Assembly (NCBI GenBank): GCA_035389045.1 | Contig: DAOORA010000010.1 | Coordinates: 1-64,000 of the forward strand | DNA: 64,000 nt | Source of the DNA: Bacteroidales bacterium | GTDB lineage: Bacteria > Bacteroidota > Bacteroidia > Bacteroidales > CAIWKO01 | Direction of reading: 5' to 3' | Shown: positions 10,891 through 20,689 of the stretch, piece by piece | Layout: the number at the start of each line of letters is the position of its first letter | How positions within the stretch are numbered: position 1 is the first letter of the stretch | Made by a program: the position numbers and the translations under genes | Notes under the pieces: generated by a model | What the model saw: only the letters and a program-made list of their open reading frames with translations | What the model was told of the DNA's origin: nothing | The model's database searches: none

Positions 10891-11400
10891 GAATACGGAT
10901 TGTTAGTTGTTTTTACTTTTGAAAACCATTTCTCTTTCAACGGCAAATATAAGGAATTATATGCCGGTACTCAAGTGTATAATCTGTTAAGGCTCTGTAC
11001 CGGCTAAAATATAGGTATATTCTGGTATCATACCTATATGCAATAAATTGTCAACTACATCGCCCGCTCGCTTCAGCATCTGTCTGTATTTTTATTTTCT
11101 GGCCTTATTTTCATAAAAATCCCGATCCGCATCCCTTTTCCTTTGTATTTCTGCCGGAAAGAGCAAGCCGGATATGGTCCTGCTCTTTATAAGATAATTA
11201 TTTATCATCGGGATTTTTAAATAAGCAAAAAAAATGTTAAATTTGCATATAATTATAAAATATGGATAATTGTGGAATCGTATATATATTAATAATGATT
11301 GGGAAATATGATATTACAAGTTTTTCCCTTTATTCTGTTTTGTCTGATCCGTTAAACCCCGTCTATTCATAATCTTGCAAACCTCTTGAACTAAGTTTTC

Positions 11401-14400
11401 GTGAAGTTCGGTACAAAAAAGAAAAATAAAAACAAGGCACAGGTTTTTCAGACCTCGCACAAAACCCGTTGGAACAGTTTTCTTTGGATCACCGGGCTTT
11501 TGGGGGCAATGGTTTTAATTTGCATATTCGTTCTCGGTATTTCACTTGTTCAACCCTCACTTACAGATTTTGAAGATGAAACAGACCATGCCGCACTTAA
11601 GAGGTTTGCCCGGCAGGATTCATTTCATGAAACTGTAAAAGAACCTGCCGGTACGATATATCGGACACCACGGACCAAGCCCGGAAAAAGAAAGCGGCTA
11701 TGTGCTCCTGCCGGAGACAGGATTAGAGCGGGATTCTACGTGAACTGGGATAAAAGTTCTTTTACCACACTGGAGGATTTTGGCGGATCGCTGAACATGA
11801 TCTTTCCTGAGTGGTTCTTTGTTCACCAGGGAAAGGATACGGCGTACCGGCAGATCGACACCGCGGCGCTCCGCCTTATGCGCGATTTCAACCTGGAAAT
11901 TGTGCCGGTACTGAGTAATTTCTCACAGGGCTTTAATCCTGAAAACGTGAGAGATGTGTTGAATTCACCTGTGAAAAGAAAAAAATTTATTTATAACCTC
12001 GTCCGGATAATGGATCAGTATAATTTCTTTGGGATCAATATTGACTTTGAAGAAATGACACCCTCCGATAATGGACCCCTCATCAATTTTTACAGGGAAT
12101 TGCATGATACATTTGCCGAAAAAAAGTATATCATTGTATGTGATATTTCTCCAAAAAACCTTGATCCTGAGTTTATTAATGAAGTCAAGGATTATTGTGA
12201 TTATTTTGTGCTTATGGCTTACGACCAGCATTATTCCTTAGGCTCGCCGGGGCCTGTGTCAGCCTATCCCTGGACAGAACACCTGCTCGACACCATCGGG
12301 GAATGTTGCGGCCTGCAGAAGTTCATCCTCGGATTTGCCGGTTATGGTTATGACTGGACAGAGGGCATATCTGGCAAAAGTATCTCTTATATACAGGCGA
12401 TAACGCTGGCCTCGCAGTATAACACTGAAATCAACTTCGATTGTTATTCATATAATCTTAATTTTCAATATCTTGACGACAGCAACCGGATTCATACGGT
12501 ATGGCTTCCCGATGCTGCTTCAAATTTCAATACGATCAGACTGGCCGAAGACTATGGTTTGGCCGGTGCAGCACTATGGCGTTTAGGAGTTGAAGATATG
12601 CGGCTATGGGAATTTTATGAGAACAGCCTGTGTTACGACAGCATCAGTCGCCATCCGTTAACGTTGAAAGTCACCGATGCCTCGGAGGTTCAGGATAATA
12701 TCAATTATAACGGTCAGGGCGATGTTTGGGATATCAAAAGTGTTCCCGGCAAAGGGGAAATAACGTTTACCTGCGACCGTAACAAGCTCCTGATTACCGG
12801 GGAAGTGTATAAAAAACTTCCGGCCACCTGTGTGGTAGACAGAAAGGGCTATGATCCCCGGAAATTGGTGATCACCTTCGATGATGGTCCCGATCCCGAT
12901 TATACGCCCAAAATCCTGGAGATATTACGAAGTAAAAATGTCCCTGCTGTGTTTTTCATTATCGGTGAAAATGCTCAGAAATATTTACCCTTAGTGAAAC
13001 GCATCTATGATGAAGGCCACGAAATCGGCAACCATACATTCACACATCCGAATGTCAATAAGGTCAGTAACTCAAGGTTTGAACTGGAATTAAATGCCAC
13101 CCGGCGCCTGATCGAAAGTGTGACCGGACATTCTACCATTATATTCCGGACTCCGTTCAACACGACCTATAATGCTGTGAGTTATAATGATATCATGGCG
13201 GTGAAATGGGCTGAGGACTTACATTATTTCTGTGTCACCGAATCGGTGGGGGCATACGACTGGAAGCCGGGGTTTACTAAAGACAGCATTATCAGGAGCA
13301 TCAACAGGGAAATAAGCAGGGGGTCGGTCATGATCTTTCACGATGCAGGCGGAAACCGTAAGGCCACCGTGGATGCGCTTCCCGAGATCATTGATTATTT
13401 CAGGGCTGAGGGCTATGAGTTCGTATCGCTGGCCCAGCTGATGCAAAAAGATAAAAGCTACCTGATGCCTGAAGTCAAAGCACCGGCAGACAAATACCTG
13501 GCGAAAACAAATTGGATCAGTTTCATGGGAATGTATCTTTTCAGGAAGGTTATATTTGCATTTTTTTTATTTATAGTCGCAATTTCAACCCTGCGTTGTA
13601 TATTCATAATGATCCTCGCATTTATTGATAAAAAGAAACACAATCGTAAGGTATTCCCAGAAATCCCCGAAACTGAATTACCTAAGGTCAGCATTATTGT
13701 TCCCGCTTACAATGAACAAACGGGTATCATCAGAAACCTCAGCAACCTGCGGAAAACCACCTATCCTGATTTTGAAATCATTCTGGTGGACGATGGTTCA
13801 CAGGATAACACCTACGAACTGGTCTGTAATGAATTTAAGGACGACCCGCATTTCCACACTTACCGGAAAGAAAACGGTGGCAAAGCCTCTGCCTTGAATT
13901 TCGGTGTTGAACGATCGTCCGGAACGATACTGGTGTGCATAGATGCCGACACCCAGTTGTTGCCATCCGCCATAGGTTTTCTGGTGAGGCATTTCGCCGA
14001 TCCCCGTGTTGGCGCTGTGGCGGGAAATGTCAAGATAGGCAATGAAATAAATCTGTTGTCGCACTGGCAGAGTATAGAGTATATCACAACCCAGAATTTT
14101 GACCGGAGGGCCTTCAACCTGCTGAACTGCATCACCGTAGTCCCCGGGGCTATCGGCGCCTTCCGGAAACAGGCTGTTATCGACTGCGGCTATTACGCCA
14201 CCAATACCATGGCCGAAGATTGCGACATCACCATACAGATGATCCGTAAAGGTTATAAAGTTGTTTCGGATTCTGCGGCCATCGCTTACACAGAAGCCCC
14301 GCTGACAGCCAATATGTTGCAACGGCAGCGGTTGCGCTGGAATTACGGTATACTCCAGAGTTTCTGGAAGCACCGCCAATGCCTGATGAATCCAAAGTAT

Positions 14401-14748
14401 AAAGCATTGGGGTTAGTGGCTCTGCCCAACATGGCGGTATTTCAGATCTTTATGCCGCTTATTGCTCCGCTGGCCGATGTGGTGCTGTTGATATCTTTTA
14501 TTTTCGGAAACTTTGGTACGGTACTCCTGTATTACCTGATATTTGTTGTTTTTGAATTTATTGCAGGAGTGGTGGCTTTTTCATTTGAAAAAGAGAAATT
14601 TTTAAAACTCATTTATCTTTTCCCACAGAAATTTTATTACCGTCAACTCATGTATTTTGTAGCCATAAAATCATTGTTCAGGGCTGTCAGGGGCGGTATG
14701 TACTCATGGGGGCATATCAGTCGTAAAGGTATTGAGGAAGTTGCCTGA
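11401..14748 (+). CDS. Fusion of GH18-like hydrolase + polysaccharide deacetylase (CE4) + GT2 synthase
   Basis: GINIDFE and LMAYDQH (GH18); TFDDGP and HEIGNHTFTH (NodB); DDGS, GGKA, DAD, ED and QRLRW (processive GT2); flanking TM helices. Confidence 0.9.
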   Translation: MKFGTKKKNKNKAQVFQTSHKTRWNSFLWITGLLGAMVLICIFVLGISLVQPSLTDFEDETDHAALKRFARQDSFHETVKEPAGTIYRTPRTKPGKRKRLCAPAGDRIRAGFYVNWDKSSFTTLEDFGGSLNMIFPEWFFVHQGKDTAYRQIDTAALRLMRDFNLEIVPVLSNFSQGFNPENVRDVLNSPVKRKKFIYNLVRIMDQYNFFGINIDFEEMTPSDNGPLINFYRELHDTFAEKKYIIVCDISPKNLDPEFINEVKDYCDYFVLMAYDQHYSLGSPGPVSAYPWTEHLLDTIGECCGLQKFILGFAGYGYDWTEGISGKSISYIQAITLASQYNTEINFDCYSYNLNFQYLDDSNRIHTVWLPDAASNFNTIRLAEDYGLAGAALWRLGVEDMRLWEFYENSLCYDSISRHPLTLKVTDASEVQDNINYNGQGDVWDIKSVPGKGEITFTCDRNKLLITGEVYKKLPATCVVDRKGYDPRKLVITFDDGPDPDYTPKILEILRSKNVPAVFFIIGENAQKYLPLVKRIYDEGHEIGNHTFTHPNVNKVSNSRFELELNATRRLIESVTGHSTIIFRTPFNTTYNAVSYNDIMAVKWAEDLHYFCVTESVGAYDWKPGFTKDSIIRSINREISRGSVMIFHDAGGNRKATVDALPEIIDYFRAEGYEFVSLAQLMQKDKSYLMPEVKAPADKYLAKTNWISFMGMYLFRKVIFAFFLFIVAISTLRCIFIMILAFIDKKKHNRKVFPEIPETELPKVSIIVPAYNEQTGIIRNLSNLRKTTYPDFEIILVDDGSQDNTYELVCNEFKDDPHFHTYRKENGGKASALNFGVERSSGTILVCIDADTQLLPSAIGFLVRHFADPRVGAVAGNVKIGNEINLLSHWQSIEYITTQNFDRRAFNLLNCITVVPGAIGAFRKQAVIDCGYYATNTMAEDCDITIQMIRKGYKVVSDSAAIAYTEAPLTANMLQRQRLRWNYGILQSFWKHRQCLMNPKYKALGLVALPNMAVFQIFMPLIAPLADVVLLISFIFGNFGTVLLYYLIFVVFEFIAGVVAFSFEKEKFLKLIYLFPQKFYYRQLMYFVAIKSLFRAVRGGMYSWGHISRKGIEEVA

Positions 14749-14883
14749 TGGAGATTTTCGCTAACAGGATGTTTTTCCTTAAAGGACTGTTTATAACACG
14801 CCTAAGATCAGTCCTTCTTATTGCACCTGAAAATCTTTGTTGCAGGACATAGTTACAAATACAAACATGCCCTGCAAGGGTTA

Positions 14884-15591
14884 TTAGTACCAGTTCCGGT
14901 GATCGGTGACCAGTTTGGCGGATTTGTATTTTCCTTTGAAGAAATTCAGCCGGAACGCTTTTACCGCAATGGGTATTTCTTCTCCCTTGTTGGATTTCAT
15001 AACGAGATCCTTTGAGTTTTTCAGGGAAAAGTCAATTTTGCCTTTTGCCAGTTCCGTTAACTCGAGTCCAAGGTTCACATCAACATCTGTATCCGTTTTT
15101 ATATGGGCTTCAAAGTTTTTGGCATACAGTATCCCACTGATCAGTATTAAATTATTCTGATTTGCCTGGTCAATAATTTCCGGGTTGGAACTGACAAAAC
15201 CACCATCTTTTTGATAGAAATAATTGCTGAAATCGGCATGGGGATATTCGGTCAGTTGCGCATCATTGAAAGCAATACTCACATTTTTGCCGCCTTTGAT
15301 TTTTACGTTTAACCCTAAATTGCCGAGGTTGAGTTTGCTCAACAATTCTTCTAAGGCAGTGATACCAATACCTATATCGTAATCTCTCTTTGCTGAATAA
15401 TCTACAAACAAAGCAGGCGCCACATACTTTTTCAGCACATACGGGCTTGCATACAGGTCAGGCAGCATCTGGAAAAAAGTGATCCTGTTGTTGTCTTTTT
15501 TATTCCAGACGGATAGCAGTAACTGATTGCGTACGGGGCCATCTATATAATCAAGCCCCTGATCTTTAAGAATCTTATTTAAATTTGCCAT
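14884..15591 (-). CDS. Bacterial gasdermin-like protein (putative pore former)
   Basis: Segments LKDQGLDYIDGP.RN..LLSVW, NLILISGILYAKNFEAHI and DLVMKS..IPIAVKAFRLNF resemble recalled conserved blocks of bacterial gasdermins; 235 aa, beta-rich. Recognised by eye only. Confidence 0.65.
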   Translation of the reverse strand: MANLNKILKDQGLDYIDGPVRNQLLLSVWNKKDNNRITFFQMLPDLYASPYVLKKYVAPALFVDYSAKRDYDIGIGITALEELLSKLNLGNLGLNVKIKGGKNVSIAFNDAQLTEYPHADFSNYFYQKDGGFVSSNPEIIDQANQNNLILISGILYAKNFEAHIKTDTDVDVNLGLELTELAKGKIDFSLKNSKDLVMKSNKGEEIPIAVKAFRLNFFKGKYKSAKLVTDHRNWY

Positions 15592-15608
15592 GTTTAAAAT
15601 ATTTAGTA

Positions 15609-15616
15609 CAAATATA
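15609..15616 (-). promoter_or_regulatory. Bacteroidota -7 promoter box of the gasdermin-like gene
   Basis: TATATTTG on the minus strand matches TAnnTTTG and lies 17 nt upstream of the ATG. Confidence 0.5.
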
Positions 15617-15821
15617 AAGGCTTTTTTTAGTTAAATCAAGTTAAATTTACCGGTTGCGGGATATTCAAATGAATTTGTTTTCAATAAACATTTAGATTTA
15701 AAGAATATAAAAATTGCTGACCTGGCGGATATAGTACATACCGGAATGGTCACTTAACAGAGGCCAATTTCCTTATGACTTAAAAAGCACAATGATTAGT
15801 TACACGCAAGTTCTCATATCC

Positions 15822-16616
15822 CTATCGCGAGTATACATGAACACTGTTCATGGCTGAGGGAAGGTAATTGATGCCGAACCAGCAGATCAGCAGCACAATA
15901 AATGAAATGGCCAGTATCCAGAGCGAAAATTTTACATGCCGGTTCTTGTCGATTCTGAAATGAAGGTAGAGGAGGTACACCAGCCATGTTAATAAGGCCC
16001 ATGTTTCTTTGGGATCCCATGTCCAATAGCTTCCCCATGCTACTTTTGCCCACAAGGCACCGAATAATAAGCCAAAGGTCAGAAAGGCAAAACCTGAATA
16101 AACAATAGTATCGGCCAACTGCAAGGTCTTTTCGCAAGGCCTTGATCTAAAGGAAAGATAAAGTCCTTTGACCGCTGTCACCGAGGCGGCAGCCATAAAC
16201 GCATAACTGATCATATACACAATGACGTGCGGTATGAACCACGGGCTTTGCAGGGCAGGCATCAGGGTCTTGTCGAAATTATCGGGATGGAGGTAATTCA
16301 GAAAAAGAAAAAGTACCGCCATCAGCAGGCCGTATACGAGCATCCATTTATAACGCCAGATAAAATAAATGACGATGCTTATTACGGACAGAAATATGGA
16401 ATACCACATCCGTGTTTCGCCAAGCGTCCTGAAGACAGGCCTTTCGAGCGCGATCCACAATCCGGCAATGTATACGGCCAGCGCCAGTATCCCCGCAACG
16501 ATCAACGCTAAAGCAAGCTTTTCGGCGCTTTTTTTCTTTGGGATCATCAACAGCAGCCCTGCCAGCCATAAACCACAACTAAGAAACATGAAAAACGGAT
16601 AATTGGTCCAGTTCAT
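15822..16616 (-). CDS. ccsA: Cytochrome c biogenesis protein CcsA (system II)
   Basis: WWD-type motif WAKVAWGSYWTWDPKETW, LQSPWFIPHV and C-terminal SVHVY. Start taken at MNWTNY. Confidence 0.92.
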   Translation of the reverse strand: MNWTNYPFFMFLSCGLWLAGLLLMIPKKKSAEKLALALIVAGILALAVYIAGLWIALERPVFRTLGETRMWYSIFLSVISIVIYFIWRYKWMLVYGLLMAVLFLFLNYLHPDNFDKTLMPALQSPWFIPHVIVYMISYAFMAAASVTAVKGLYLSFRSRPCEKTLQLADTIVYSGFAFLTFGLLFGALWAKVAWGSYWTWDPKETWALLTWLVYLLYLHFRIDKNRHVKFSLWILAISFIVLLICWFGINYLPSAMNSVHVYSR

Positions 16617-16627
16617 TTTATAAATTT

Positions 16628-17878
16628 TTATTCCGTTGTTCTTTTGGGTCTGCCGCACCATAGCAAATATAAGGCACCGGCCATGATCATAAAAATCCCG
16701 GTGTAAACTACCGGCAGCCAGGGATCCCTGACCAGCTGCAGCACGCTTCTTCTCGACCATTTTCCCATCTGCTGGTCATATCCGGCCTGATAAACAGTCC
16801 AGCCTTTGTATTTGGCAGGTTTGTTCACTTCCACCACGAAATCCCGGGATTCATTCATCGTGCTGTACGCTCTGACGAGAGAGACGAACCTCCTGGGCTT
16901 GCTTACCGTCATAGCGATAGCTTCACCATTCTGTAAATCAAGAACCTGGGGGTATATGTATGGACTGCCGGAACTCACCCAGCCGGTGTATGTCTTACCA
17001 CTATCTTTGTGGCTGACATTGATAAAAACTGCCGGCGCGCTCCCATACGACGCCGTAGGGACAAAACCTGCCGAATCCTGGTATGCGTTTTCAATATAAT
17101 TCTCTATCCCGACTATCCAGCCGCCCATCATACCTTTGTTGCCCTTTTTTACCGTAAGGAGGTTTTTGGCCGGAATTTTCAGACTACCGTCGGAGGCATT
17201 GATCAATCCAAGTTCCGGAGGATATTCATCCATACTGAATTTCAACAGTTTAAGCCCTATGTTCACATCAAAGGTACGTCCCTGGTCATCAGAAGCAATA
17301 AAAACCGTTTTATTCTCCTGGAGCACCATATTCAGCTTTATGGAATCCGTAGCGCCCAGTGAAGCGGCAACAATAACAATCCATAAGCCGAAATGATTCA
17401 GAATGAAAGCCGCATTTTTAAGAGAGAAAGGCCATAGCCTTCTGATAATGGTGAGGCTGAGGACAAGCAACAGGTTGAAGCTGCAGAGCAAAAAAGGCCA
17501 GCTTCGGGTGATATGATCAAGGCCGGATTTGGTCAGAAAGGAATCTGCATTTACATTATTCTGCGGGATGATACCCATGAGCAACAGCAGCAATGCAAAG
17601 ACCCCGACGGCAGAAATAGCTGCATATGTGCTTGATAACCATTTTTTTAAGGGATGTTTTACCAGTAAGTGAAAAGCAACAATATAAGCTATGAACAGAA
17701 GTAATATCAAAATATTTGAAGGCCAGCCCGGCATCGAAAATCCTTTACCACCGCTGAGGAGTTCAATGATAAAGCCCGAAAGCAACAGCCCGGCGGATAT
17801 TAAAATACTTTCCCGGAATTTCCATGGAAATTGCCCGAATTTTCTTTCAGGAGTGATATTTTCATTCGCTTCATTCAC
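16628..17878 (-). CDS. ccsB: Cytochrome c biogenesis protein CcsB/ResB-like
   Basis: N-terminal TM helices with FILNHFGLW, periplasmic domain, VNKP..YQAGYD..DPWLPVVYTG end; adjacent to ccsA. Confidence 0.85.
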   Translation of the reverse strand: MNEANENITPERKFGQFPWKFRESILISAGLLLSGFIIELLSGGKGFSMPGWPSNILILLLFIAYIVAFHLLVKHPLKKWLSSTYAAISAVGVFALLLLLMGIIPQNNVNADSFLTKSGLDHITRSWPFLLCSFNLLLVLSLTIIRRLWPFSLKNAAFILNHFGLWIVIVAASLGATDSIKLNMVLQENKTVFIASDDQGRTFDVNIGLKLLKFSMDEYPPELGLINASDGSLKIPAKNLLTVKKGNKGMMGGWIVGIENYIENAYQDSAGFVPTASYGSAPAVFINVSHKDSGKTYTGWVSSGSPYIYPQVLDLQNGEAIAMTVSKPRRFVSLVRAYSTMNESRDFVVEVNKPAKYKGWTVYQAGYDQQMGKWSRRSVLQLVRDPWLPVVYTGIFMIMAGALYLLWCGRPKRTTE

Positions 17879-17989
17879 TGCAATCAGGTATCAGACAATC
17901 AAATACATATTAAATATAATTATTTATTCTTATGAGCATAATTCTATGTTTCATTCTTTTAAACCTGGTCAATCTTGTGTCTTCCGGAA

Positions 17990-18136
17990 GAGGATGACTC
18001 AAAAGCCATTTTTCACTGATTTATTGCTCTGTGGTTCTCTGTGACATCTCTGTGAACTTCTGTGTAATAGCACAATAGAGATTACACAGACACTGAGAAA
18101 ACACGCAGCCACACAGGTAGCTTTTGAGACAGTCTC
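17990..18136. mobile_element. MITE-like element (~147 bp) with terminal inverted repeats and an internal CTCTGTG array
   Basis: gaggatgactcaaaagc (17990-18006) and gcttttgagacagtctc (18120-18136) are inverted at 14/17; internal hairpin tctgtgtaat/attacacaga; four (c/t)tctgtg units. Confidence 0.5.
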
Positions 18137-18470
18137 ATTTACCGGATACCCGATAGTCCCAACCGTATCGCAATGCGGTGATGAAGCCAGGCATCCTTTG
18201 GATACATTGAACATACCGGGCTTCAGACCGGAATGAAACGGACCGGTTTAAAAAGTGAAATTACTCAATTTTCATAATCCGGTAAGGAAGTAATGAAAAA
18301 TTTTAAGAGGATAGCGATTGTTATCCGGATTATTGGTTTTAAATGAACATTAATAATTGATCTGATTATCAAAACGTAAGGAAAAGAATTTATCGTTCGT
18401 ATGTAAAAAAATCTTAATTATTGAAAAAGGTATTATTTTTGTTGTTCCTTATCACAAAATTTTAAAAAAT

Positions 18471-19004
18471 ATGAAAAACCTGGTGAAAAAAATATCTTTA
18501 ACGTGTGCGATCACATTGATCTGTTTATCAACTTTTAGCTATCGTGCATCAGCACAGTTTTTTACAGGAGGAGATTTTAATATAACCTTCCTCAATGGCG
18601 TTAATATTGACATAGCTCCGATAGCCGGATATAAGTATAAAAATTTCAGCGCTGGAATTTCGCCGGTTATACTATATACCGCGGCTTCCCCTACCAGCGG
18701 GCTTACCGGGCAGTTTTCCTATGGAGGCAGAATATTTGCTGAGTTTGCTATCTATAAAGGAATTTTTGCCCATGCCGAATGCCAGGCTACCAATGCAGGT
18801 TATATCCATAATAATGTAGGCGATCTGATCAAGGGAAAATGGATCATTGGCGCCCCGATAGGTGTGGGTTATGAACATGAAATCTCTGGCGGACTGTGGA
18901 TCAAGACCATGATACTGTACGATCCTTTCCTTGACATAAATATCGGGGCTGATTCACCGCAAAAAAATCCTTCGATACGCGGTGGATTGACCTATGTGCT
19001 GTAA
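18471..19004 (+). CDS. Small outer-membrane beta-barrel protein
   Basis: Signal peptide, IAPIAGYKY strands, terminal IRGGLTYVL. Confidence 0.65.
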   Translation: MKNLVKKISLTCAITLICLSTFSYRASAQFFTGGDFNITFLNGVNIDIAPIAGYKYKNFSAGISPVILYTAASPTSGLTGQFSYGGRIFAEFAIYKGIFAHAECQATNAGYIHNNVGDLIKGKWIIGAPIGVGYEHEISGGLWIKTMILYDPFLDINIGADSPQKNPSIRGGLTYVL

Positions 19005-19190
19005 AAATCTGTACCAGATCGTCTTTGTTCTCATTTCCTCAGAATCTGCCTCACATCCTACCGAAACTGAGGGTAGATCGGGTAATCATAAGTGAATTGT
19101 AAAACAAATAGCTATTTGTATTATTGTTTCGAATGATTCTGTCTGATATTCACAGGCTTTACCAGATATTCTTTAAAAAAATAAAAAAGT

Positions 19191-19245
19191 TTCGACTATA
19201 ATCGAATATTTCTTATAAAACACAAAAATTTCGACTGTAATCGAA
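19191..19245. promoter_or_regulatory. Tandem palindromic operator-like sites TTCGA-N6-TCGAA
   Basis: ttcgactataatcgaa at 19191-19206 and ttcgactgtaatcgaa at 19230-19245. Confidence 0.5.
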
Positions 19246-19293
19246 TCTTTTTAGAACTCAAGACATTTTTGGTATTTTAATTCGTACACCAGC

Positions 19294-19664
19294 GCTGAGG
19301 CGATAGGGAAGTATGAGAGGATTGAATAGGATTGTGTTTTTTTAGTGAGAGTTTCACTTGCTTATCGGATTTGCAGCTGAAGTGAAAGCTTTTAGTGAAT
19401 CTCTCACCTGCACATCGCGGGGCTGAGGCGATAGGAAAGTATGAGAGGATTGAATAGGTTTTGTTTTTAGTGAGATTTTCACTTGCTTATCGGATTTGCA
19501 GCTGAAGTGAAAGCTTTTTGTGAAGCTCTCACCTGCACATCGCGGGGCTGAGGCGATAGGGAAGTATGAGAGGATTGAATAGGATTGTGTTTTTTGGTGA
19601 GAGTTTCACTTTCTTATTGGGTTTGCATCTATAGTTGAAGCTCTTAGTGAAGCTCTTACCTGCA
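19294..19664. repeat. Three tandem copies of a ~126-bp repeat (left array)
   Basis: Units start at 19294, 19422 and 19547 with gctgaggcgatagg(g/a)aagtatgagaggattgaatagg; the third copy diverges at its 3' end. Confidence 0.95.
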
Positions 19665-19670
19665 TTTAAT

Positions 19671-20282
19671 TTAAAGATTTTGAAGCTCTTTGCTTATTTG
19701 CTTTTTAACCTTAGACCAAGTGACTTTTGTATCAAAAACCAGTGGCTCCGGGTTGTTTTCGGCATCTTTAAAGTACGATATGCTTCTTATTACATGAAAC
19801 AATGTCTGATGCTGATATTTTTCTTTATAAAACTCCAGTAAGGATGTTAGTTTGAATTGCTTTAATAAAAAATACAAATCAAAAAAATCTTTCTTATTGC
19901 CTCTGCCGGTAATTGCATCAATTTTCATTGCGGCAATGTCAATAATATCAAACAATCTGAAATCATCAACTTCAATTAATGGCCGGATAGGTGGATATTT
20001 AAACCGGATAAAATCAACTTTGATATTGTTGATATTACAAATCAATGTATTGGGCATTTTCAGCAATACAAGAATCTCGTAATCGTTTAGCAACTTTGAT
20101 AATAACACATCGGAATCGAAATCCTTACCCGTAAACATATCCAGATCAATCGATCTTCTATGCCCTATTTGAAATGCCAGTGCAGTTCCACCGGCCAGAA
20201 CAAAATCCGCCAGGTAGTTTTTTTGCATAAAACTCTTTAACAGTTCCAGTGTGACTGGTTCAATTGATTCAGTGTGTAACAT
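19671..20282 (-). CDS. Nucleotidyltransferase, AbiEii/AbiGii toxin family
   Basis: LAGGTALA..IGHRRSIDLD, AMKIDAI.GRG.KKDFFDLY. Confidence 0.9.
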   Translation of the reverse strand: MLHTESIEPVTLELLKSFMQKNYLADFVLAGGTALAFQIGHRRSIDLDMFTGKDFDSDVLLSKLLNDYEILVLLKMPNTLICNINNIKVDFIRFKYPPIRPLIEVDDFRLFDIIDIAAMKIDAITGRGNKKDFFDLYFLLKQFKLTSLLEFYKEKYQHQTLFHVIRSISYFKDAENNPEPLVFDTKVTWSKVKKQISKELQNL

Positions 20283-20521
20283 CTGAAATCCTCGGGTTTA
20301 ATCTTAAAATAGATACTGCAAAAGCTCAGGGTTCTCTCATCAAGATATCGTAACTTTTTTATGATTTGTTTTAACCTCGGTTTTCCATAAAAATCCCTGA
20401 TAGCAAAAAAATCTTCCAGAGTTCCTGATTCCAGAACTCTTTGCACAATAAAAGAAGCATGCTTTTTATAATCTATGCTATTAACATCTACATCCCAGAA
20501 TAAGTTATCTGAAATTTTCAT
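20237..20521 (-). CDS. DUF6922 family protein (putative antitoxin partner)
   Basis: LFWDVD...FIVQRVLESG..EDF...FYG; overlaps the start of the nucleotidyltransferase gene. Confidence 0.8.
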   Translation of the reverse strand: MKISDNLFWDVDVNSIDYKKHASFIVQRVLESGTLEDFFAIRDFYGKPRLKQIIKKLRYLDERTLSFCSIYFKIKPEDFRCYTLNQLNQSHWNC

Positions 20522-20689
20522 AAAACAAATTTAATGATTTTGTGGATTACCTGTTAAAAAGAAAAAAATTCTTTTTCTGAATCTGGTACCGCAAAAGTTG
20601 GACAACCCGAACTGTTAAGGCAGGTGATGATAAAAGCAGGATTTTTCAATCTCCAGACCGAGAGGTGGCGTTTTAATACGTGAGCCGGG

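Noticed and set aside
16617..16760. N-terminal extension of ccsA in the ORF track (similar extensions at 8756, 23889, 30097, 53927, 62816)
   Set aside because: The extensions overlap neighbouring genes or regulatory DNA; downstream ATGs give typical N-termini.
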